Source: Minisyncoccota bacterium | Lineage (GTDB): Bacteria > Patescibacteriota > Minisyncoccia > Phycocordibacterales > Phycocordibacteraceae | DNA: 64,000 bases | Assembly: GCA_018062445.1 (NCBI GenBank) | Contig: JAGOSG010000001.1 | Coordinates: forward strand, 122,426-186,425 | Direction: 5' to 3' | Position numbers and translations under genes: made by a program | The notes under the pieces: model-generated | Told to the model about the DNA's origin: nothing | The model's input: the letters and a program-made list of their open reading frames with translations, nothing else | Database searches by the model: none | Shown here: positions 58,482 to 64,000 of the stretch, in pieces | Layout of the letters: each line of letters begins with the position of its first letter | Position numbering within the stretch: the stretch's first letter is position 1

Positions 58482-58522
58482 TTTCTGAAAGCTAGAAGCT
58501 AGCCCCTAGCACCTAAAACCTT
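58482..58522. repeat. dispersed short-repeat family, copy R10 (TCTGAAAGCTAGAAGCTAGCCCCTAGCACCTAAAACC)
   Basis: Seen directly, between convergent genes. Confidence 0.6.
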
Positions 58523-58523
58523 C

Positions 58524-59348
58524 CTAAATCGGTGCAAGAAACATCAATATCGTAACTGCAACGAGTACTCGGTACACTGCAAACACATACAGCGGATGCG
58601 TTCTGAGGAATTTCAAAAGTATATGAATAGCGGCAAGACCACTCAAAAACGCAACAAGACTTCCAATGACGAGCGGAGCACCGATAGCATCAAACCCACC
58701 CACTCCGGCAAGCTCCAATAATTTTCTAGAACCCGCACCAAGAATAATAGGCACCGAAAGAAGAAAACCGAATCGTGCAGATGCCTCGCGAGATAATCCA
58801 AGAAACAAACCACCTGAAATAGTCATACCTGAACGACTCATGCCAGGGACAAGAGCCAGTGCTTGAAAAAGACCGATGAGTATTGCTTTCCAAAAACCCA
58901 CCGCCTCCATACCTGTCTGTGCTCCGTAGCGCTTTGAAACATATTCAGCCAAAAGAAAAACTACCGACCCTACGATGAGCGCGTACGCAACAAGGTGTGT
59001 GTTTCGAAACACCGTGTCCATGGTGCTTTCCAAAAAAAGCCCAAAAAATACTGCGGGCACCGTTCCCACAATAAGCGCTAACAAAAGTCGTCCATCCTCC
59101 ACTCTGACAGGTTTTCCTATCACCTTCTTAACTGCGGTATGTGCCAACGTAAGTAAATCTTTGGAAAAATACACAACGACTGCCAGAATAGTACCCAACT
59201 GCAAGACCGAATCAACAGCGAGACTATTTACTCCCGTAGCACCAAGGAGTTCGCGAGCGATTATAAGATGCCCTGAGGAAGAAATAGGGAGAAACTCAGT
59301 TATGCCTTCAACGAGGCCTAAAATACTAAAAATCACCCAGTCGTACAT
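58524..59348 (-). CDS. uppP: undecaprenyl-diphosphatase
   Basis: GLVEGITEFLPISSSGHLII signature; 8 TM, 274 aa. Confidence 0.85.
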   Translation of the reverse strand: MYDWVIFSILGLVEGITEFLPISSSGHLIIARELLGATGVNSLAVDSVLQLGTILAVVVYFSKDLLTLAHTAVKKVIGKPVRVEDGRLLLALIVGTVPAVFFGLFLESTMDTVFRNTHLVAYALIVGSVVFLLAEYVSKRYGAQTGMEAVGFWKAILIGLFQALALVPGMSRSGMTISGGLFLGLSREASARFGFLLSVPIILGAGSRKLLELAGVGGFDAIGAPLVIGSLVAFLSGLAAIHILLKFLRTHPLYVFAVYRVLVAVTILMFLAPI

Positions 59349-59396
59349 GATATTCTGTATGATATCCTATAATTTAATACTAACTAGAGAACCTCT

Positions 59397-60092
59397 ATGG
59401 AACAAAAACAAAATCTTTCTATCCCCATTGCTATCGTACTTGCTGGAGCCTTAATTGGTGGCGCACTCTTTTTTATTGGTCGCACTGACGCACCAACCAC
59501 AAACACGAATACAAACACACCCTCCGTTGCACAAAAAGATATTCCAGGCGTAACTTCCGCAGATCACATCATTGGTAGCATCGATGCACCAATAGTTATT
59601 GTTGAATACACCGACCTTGAGTGTCCATTTTGTAAACAGTTTGACGGCACCATGAAGCAAGTGGTCAAAGCATATGGCGGTAAGGTTGCATGGGTCGTCC
59701 GCAACTTCCCTCTTCAACAGCTCCACCCTAATGCACCAAAAATTGCTCTCGGAGCGGAGTGTGCGGCGGCGCTTGGTGGCAATGAAACATACTTCAAATT
59801 CCTTGATTCTGTATTCACTCAAGCACCAATCAATACTTTCTTCGATATTACAAAACTTACTGCAACTGCAGAGGGAGTTGGAGTTGATGCGAAGAAATTT
59901 AATGCCTGTGTTATCGCTGGAACCTATCAAGACAAAATAAGCAAAGAATTCAATGATGCCGTTGCTGCGGGAGGTCAAGGAACTCCCTTCTCGGTAGCCA
60001 TTACAAAGAATGGGAAGCAATACCCTATTCCTGGCTCTCAACCATTGGAACAACTCAAAACAATCATTGATGGAATCTTAGCGGGAAAGTAA
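59397..60092 (+). CDS. DsbA-family thiol:disulfide oxidoreductase
   Basis: N-terminal anchor, thioredoxin CPFC active site (YTDLECPFCKQF). Confidence 0.75.
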   Translation: MEQKQNLSIPIAIVLAGALIGGALFFIGRTDAPTTNTNTNTPSVAQKDIPGVTSADHIIGSIDAPIVIVEYTDLECPFCKQFDGTMKQVVKAYGGKVAWVVRNFPLQQLHPNAPKIALGAECAAALGGNETYFKFLDSVFTQAPINTFFDITKLTATAEGVGVDAKKFNACVIAGTYQDKISKEFNDAVAAGGQGTPFSVAITKNGKQYPIPGSQPLEQLKTIIDGILAGK

Positions 60093-60099
60093 AAAGATA

Positions 60100-60137
60100 G
60101 CTGTCAGGTTCCAGGTGTCAGCTTTCAGCTTTGAATT
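60100..60137. repeat. dispersed short-repeat family, copy R11 (AGCTGTCAGGTTCCAGGTGTCAGCTTTCAGCTTTG)
   Basis: Seen directly, directly followed by a canonical terminator. Confidence 0.6.
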
Positions 60138-60172
60138 AAAAAAGAACGACCCAAAGGGTCGTTCTTTTTTAA
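60138..60172. terminator. intrinsic terminator AAAAAAGAACGACCC-aaa-GGGTCGTTCTTTTTT
   Basis: 9-bp stem plus a 6-T run, immediately after a dispersed-repeat copy. Confidence 0.7.
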
Positions 60173-60993
60173 AGCCCTAGGCGGTAGATGTCGAAAGAGT
60201 TTTCGCCTTCGAACATGTCGGAAGGGTTTGGAAGATACATACGCTCCCTTAGTATTTCAGCACTCGCATCATTGATAAGTCGATGAAATACTTCGAAGTC
60301 TTCTTCGCATTCCTTAAAATCCAATACGTAGCGACGCATTTGCGATGAGCCGTCAGCATTCTTTCTTTTTTTACACTCGTACACAATAAAACGCCGAACT
60401 GGTCTGCCAAAAAGAGCCCCGACGGTGTAGTAGTTAAACATTGCCTGCAATACAAACAAGGGTTTAGTGACACCGCTCTTACTAAACGAGTCAACAAACT
60501 TATGATCCACAATGTCGACCGCTCCTTTTTCAACTCGAGACTCAACCACGAGATCAGAAATCGCTTTCACTGGGAGCGGTAGTCCTGGAACTTCCGCCAT
60601 ACCCATGACTTCAATTCCTAAAACCTTATGTTTAGGAGGTCTCTCAAGGTAGAAAGAGATTGCCTGCAAGTAGTCCTTTTCCATCGACAGCCTCTTCTCC
60701 TTTTGTGCTCGTTTACTTTTAGCTTTACCAAATTGCACTTCAAAATCTGCAATGTTTCGAAGATACTCAAGCCCCAATGCAACAGACGCCTCTTTAGAAA
60801 GCCCGCTATAAAAATGCTGAAGCGCTATATGCCCAGAGCGTCCAATGATGCCAGCAGGCGTTGATGGAGTATCTCGCACATTTTCAACATAGCGCTTGTA
60901 CCACGCTAAAGGGTTCCTCAAAAACGATATCAAAGACGAGTGACTCCAGTGCTTGATTGGATATGCAGGTTTCTTACTCGAAGTCTTTTTCAC
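60169..60993 (-). CDS. hypothetical protein, possible PD-(D/E)xK (Cas4/RecB-like) nuclease fold
   Basis: Weak motif resemblance only: N-terminal SHSSLISFL..W..Y, ISDLVVE (motif II-like D), DIVDHK (motif III-like D-x-K), C-terminal Y..Y. Confidence 0.35.
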   Translation of the reverse strand: MKKTSSKKPAYPIKHWSHSSLISFLRNPLAWYKRYVENVRDTPSTPAGIIGRSGHIALQHFYSGLSKEASVALGLEYLRNIADFEVQFGKAKSKRAQKEKRLSMEKDYLQAISFYLERPPKHKVLGIEVMGMAEVPGLPLPVKAISDLVVESRVEKGAVDIVDHKFVDSFSKSGVTKPLFVLQAMFNYYTVGALFGRPVRRFIVYECKKRKNADGSSQMRRYVLDFKECEEDFEVFHRLINDASAEILRERMYLPNPSDMFEGENSFDIYRLGL

Positions 60994-61031
60994 TCACTCA
61001 TTATACCTGGAGTACTTTTATCAGTATTTTT

Positions 61032-61247
61032 CTACCTCCCCATCAGACGGTCTCCGACACCCGCCACTAACATGAAAACGGTTGCTCCAGTAGCTAGAAT
61101 AGTTACGATGAAAAGTGGGATGGTGCACCCAACAGCGAACAACACCTTATTACGATACTTACCACCTACACGTTCCGAAGCGATGGTAGAAATTCCAGAA
61201 ACGAGAGGCTGGCGACCATCCGATCCTCCTTCAATAAGGCGAGACAT
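61032..61247 (-). CDS. hypothetical small membrane protein
   Basis: ORF only; overlaps an opposite-strand ORF of similar size, so it is uncertain which strand, if either, is real. Confidence 0.25.
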   Translation of the reverse strand: MSRLIEGGSDGRQPLVSGISTIASERVGGKYRNKVLFAVGCTIPLFIVTILATGATVFMLVAGVGDRLMGR

Positions 61248-61294
61248 AATATAAAATCACTAATAGATTCTAGAAAATACAGTTACTAGAGAAT

Positions 61295-62584
61295 TTAATA
61301 GCTTCTCAGCTTCTTTGCTTTGCCGTGGGTGCGGATTTTTTCGAGTGCTTTTGCCTCAATCTGACGAATACGCTCACGGGTCACACCGAACTCCTGCCCC
61401 ACTTCTTCAAGTGTGTGATAAATACCATCCTCTAAACCGTGGCGCATTGCAAGAATCTTTCTCTCTTTTGGTGTGAGGTCGCCTAAGATTTCATGGAGCT
61501 GTTCAACAAGAATACGATGTGCTGTTTCTTGGTCAGGTGTTGGTAGAGAATGATCTGCCACGAAGTCACCGCGAGCAGAGGCATCGTCATCGTCTGATGA
61601 GCTGATAGGTGCTTCCAAAGAAAGTGTTTCTTGGTTGATTTGCTCAATCTGATATACCTTCTCCACATCCACACCCATTTCTGCAGAAATTTCTTCAGGC
61701 ATTGGATCACGACCCAAGTCTTGCTCGAGTCGTCGAACTATCTGCTTGTACTTAGCAATCGTTTCCACCATGTGTACAGGAATACGGATAGTGCGTGATT
61801 GATCAGCGAGAGCGCGAGTGATAGCTTGCCTGATCCACCATGTTGCGTAGGTTGAAAACTTAAATCCCTTTTCGTAGTCGAATTTATCAACCGCTTTGAA
61901 GAGGCCAAGATTCCCTTCTTGAATGAGGTCGAGGAGCGATAAGTCAGATGAGCGAGATGCATACTTCTTTGCAATAGAAACCACGAGACGCAAGTTTGCA
62001 CGAGCAAGAAGATTTTTTGCTTCTTCATCACCTTCGGTAATTCTCTTTGCAAGAGCTCGCTCTTCAGGACCCGTGAGCAGTGGATACTGACCAATTTCAC
62101 GGAGGTACATTTGTATAGAGTCATGTGCTGAGCCCTCACCGCGATAGCCTCCACGCATCACTACTTCATCAGGAACTTCCTCAAGCATTCCACCTGATTC
62201 CAAGACATCAATACCTGATGTTGAAAGACGCTCGTAGAGTTCTTCAAGGAAGAAAACATTCTCTTCAATGGTGGGAAATTCTTTTAAAATTTCGTTGTAG
62301 GTCACGTACCCTCGCTCCTTACCTTTTGCAACAAGACGCACAGCCTTTGACTCCAAAAGTACCAAACTCTTCTTTGAGACTGCTTTTGCAGGCTTTGGTG
62401 CCTTCACTTTTACAACCTTCTTTTGAGCAGGTTTTGCCTTACGAGAAGCCACCTTCTTAGAAGACTTTGGCTTTTGTTTTGGCTTTGAAGTGGACTTGGA
62501 AGCCTTACGTAAAGGCGCCTTCTTACGGGCGACTGATTTTGCTGGCTTCTTTGCCTTCTTTGTTATTGTTTTTTTCTTTGCCAT
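61295..62584 (-). CDS. rpoD: RNA polymerase sigma-70 factor RpoD with about 100-aa lysine/alanine/proline-rich basic N-terminal extension
   Basis: Regions 1.2-4.2 conserved ([11 protein letters not shown]..., region 4 helix-turn-helix); N-terminus [30 protein letters not shown]... Confidence 0.9.
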   Translation of the reverse strand: MAKKKTITKKAKKPAKSVARKKAPLRKASKSTSKPKQKPKSSKKVASRKAKPAQKKVVKVKAPKPAKAVSKKSLVLLESKAVRLVAKGKERGYVTYNEILKEFPTIEENVFFLEELYERLSTSGIDVLESGGMLEEVPDEVVMRGGYRGEGSAHDSIQMYLREIGQYPLLTGPEERALAKRITEGDEEAKNLLARANLRLVVSIAKKYASRSSDLSLLDLIQEGNLGLFKAVDKFDYEKGFKFSTYATWWIRQAITRALADQSRTIRIPVHMVETIAKYKQIVRRLEQDLGRDPMPEEISAEMGVDVEKVYQIEQINQETLSLEAPISSSDDDDASARGDFVADHSLPTPDQETAHRILVEQLHEILGDLTPKERKILAMRHGLEDGIYHTLEEVGQEFGVTRERIRQIEAKALEKIRTHGKAKKLRSY

Positions 62585-62608
62585 ATCAAATATTAGTAGA
62601 CTTTATCC

Positions 62609-64000
62609 TTAGTGGAGCCTGAGCGCAAGCGCATTTAACTCCTTCATAAGTGCTTCTGTTTGAACTCCATCATGTGCAGTTTCTGCCACTCGGAGCAGTG
62701 CCACAACTTCACGATACCGTTCATGACGTGATTCCTTCAATAACGCTTCATATACTTCCTTGACTGCCTCCCTGCGGATAGCTTCATCATCGTGACTCTC
62801 AAGAAAAAAGTCCGCCTCGAACAATGCTGCACTTGTGTCAGTAGATTGGCCCAGCAATTCTTCTGTTCGCTCTTCACCAAGAGCTCCTTTAAGAGCACTG
62901 AGAGCTATATCAGCGGACTCTTTGTCTTTCTTTTCTGTGAATAGAAGAAAGAGTCCATATACAAGACGCTCGAGCACATCACTCCGTGACAAGAAAGGCT
63001 CTCTGGAAGCGTTGGAGGTTAGCAGTTTAGAGTTAGCAGAAACGCTCTGGTCTTTTGGTGCAACTTGTCCACCGTCTACTTTCTTCAATTCTGCAATCAC
63101 TGCATCTTCTCCAACCTGCAATACTTCTGCAACTCGCTTTATAAAATGTGCCTGATCTATTTTATGTGGAATCATCGCGACATAGGGCAGTACCGTACGT
63201 GATACCTCTAGACGAAATGTGCGTGGGTCATACTTAGCGTCTGCGATGTGTGCAAGATAAAAATCAACAACATGGAGCGCACTCTTTACTGCACCCCTAA
63301 ACACATCTTTATTTTCAAGCAGAATGTCAGCTGGGTCTCTCTCGGGAGGAAGTTTAACAATCTTCACATTCATACCTGCCTGAAGTGCAATACTTGCAGC
63401 GCGACCTGCAGCTGAGATGCCAGCTCTATCGCCGTCATATGCTATGAGGAGGTTCTGCGTGTAGCGCTTAATAATTTCTACATGAGGAAGCGTGAAAGCG
63501 GTGCCTGAGGTTGCAATGGCGTTATGGTAGCCCGCCTGATGCGCCATAAGGAGGTCTAGTTGTCCTTCAACAAGAAGTGCTGCGCCAAGCTCACGAATGC
63601 CTTCACGAGCCTTATCAAGCCCATAGAGAGCGCGTGACTTATCAAACACAGGTGTCTCTGGCGAGTTCAAATACTTCGCTTGCGGATGCTTTTCATCATC
63701 CTCAAAAATACGACCAGAAAATCCGATCACCCTCCCTGAAATATCTTTAATGGGAAACATAATACGACCACGGAAACGGTCATACGATCGGGAGTTAGCG
63801 GTCGGCAGTTCGCTGTTCGCAGCTTTTTCTGCTATCTGCACACTGCCATCTGCCTTCTCCTGTTGCTTAACTAGTCCCGCACGCTCAAGAAGGGCATCAT
63901 CAAATTTCTTACCAAGCAAAAAATCACGAAGTTCGTGCCATGCATTTGGTGCGTACCCCAAAGACCACAAAGAGATAGTCTCTTCGGTCAAACCACGCGT
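62609..64000 (-). CDS. dnaG: DNA primase (5-prime end lies beyond the window)
   Basis: TOPRIM region (LLVEGQLDLLMAHQAGYHNAIATSGTAFT; IAYDGDRAG) and RNA-polymerase domain. Frame stays open to the window edge (..TRGLTEETISLW); the zinc-finger domain must lie upstream. Classical rpoD-dnaG arrangement. Confidence 0.8.
   Translation of the reverse strand, partial: TRGLTEETISLWSLGYAPNAWHELRDFLLGKKFDDALLERAGLVKQQEKADGSVQIAEKAANSELPTANSRSYDRFRGRIMFPIKDISGRVIGFSGRIFEDDEKHPQAKYLNSPETPVFDKSRALYGLDKAREGIRELGAALLVEGQLDLLMAHQAGYHNAIATSGTAFTLPHVEIIKRYTQNLLIAYDGDRAGISAAGRAASIALQAGMNVKIVKLPPERDPADILLENKDVFRGAVKSALHVVDFYLAHIADAKYDPRTFRLEVSRTVLPYVAMIPHKIDQAHFIKRVAEVLQVGEDAVIAELKKVDGGQVAPKDQSVSANSKLLTSNASREPFLSRSDVLERLVYGLFLLFTEKKDKESADIALSALKGALGEERTEELLGQSTDTSAALFEADFFLESHDDEAIRREAVKEVYEALLKESRHERYREVVALLRVAETAHDGVQTEALMKELNALALRLH

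Noticed and set aside
833-60137. Could the GCTGAAAGCTG repeats be a CRISPR array?
   Set aside because: The copies are dispersed singly across 60 kb with no regular repeat-spacer periodicity and no cas genes; the units are tandem and degenerate.
1-64000. Alternative genetic code (UGA or UAG recoding)
   Set aside because: Housekeeping genes (pyk, purF, murA, hisS, rpoD) give full-length products under the standard code. The only in-frame stop is the single TAG at 47144, handled as a pseudogene or readthrough candidate.

Overview
The window is a compact stretch of a small-genome bacterium of moderate GC. My guess of a CPR/Patescibacteria-like lineage is inference from gene content (class I aldolase, lone purF and pyrF, many small secreted hypotheticals), not something the sequence states. 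Genes are tightly packed on both strands, use the standard code, and give full-length products. I recognise: rseP (partial), frr, alr, holB, mreB, murA, priA-like, def-fmt, an M24 aminopeptidase, hpf, pyrF, an EamA transporter, a pgl-like gene, yjbQ, mscL, a two-component cluster (PAS protein, PAS histidine kinase, two stand-alone receivers), an L,D-transpeptidase, pyk, a Kef-type antiporter, yqhA, tRNA-Asn(GUU), class I fba next to glpX, an MFS transporter, lexA with an SOS box directly upstream, a GT4 glycosyltransferase, purF, an RlmI-like methyltransferase, an ABC exporter pair, gtrA/dedA-like membrane proteins, an RRM RNA-binding protein, an S41 peptidase, prmC, hisS, a DEDD exonuclease, a CAP-domain protein, a 1090-aa beta-helix surface protein with a C-terminal peptidoglycan-binding domain, uppP, dsbA, and the rpoD-dnaG pair (dnaG runs off the window end). 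Many hairpin intrinsic terminators lie between convergent genes. The interesting structure is mostly non-coding. (1) A dispersed family of short repeats built from GCTGAAAGCTG and CCTAGCACCTAG units sits at 10-11 intergenic sites, and twice in-frame inside methyltransferase genes. (2) A 42-46 bp hairpin-forming palindrome (CTGTATAGT...ACTATACAG) occurs three times with compensatory arm changes. (3) A ~105-bp element with conserved 16-bp terminal inverted repeats (GTATACCCCGTGAGAT / ATCTCATGGGGTATAC) sits immediately upstream of two unrelated start codons. (4) Next to tRNA-Asn there is a direct repeat of the tRNA 3-prime end, a degenerate tRNA-like element, and recurring ATTCCGCGGT motifs. On the coding side: (5) a visibly GC-richer block at about 45.0-47.8 kb encodes a VirB2/TrbC-topology membrane protein, secreted proteins and two paralogous small Cys proteins, one of them interrupted by an in-frame TAG; (6) a surface-protein cluster sits at 52.7-58.4 kb. 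The strongest candidate for an undescribed system is the dispersed repeat family of (1), backed by the mobile-looking elements of (2)-(3); I found no plausible previously undescribed protein system.
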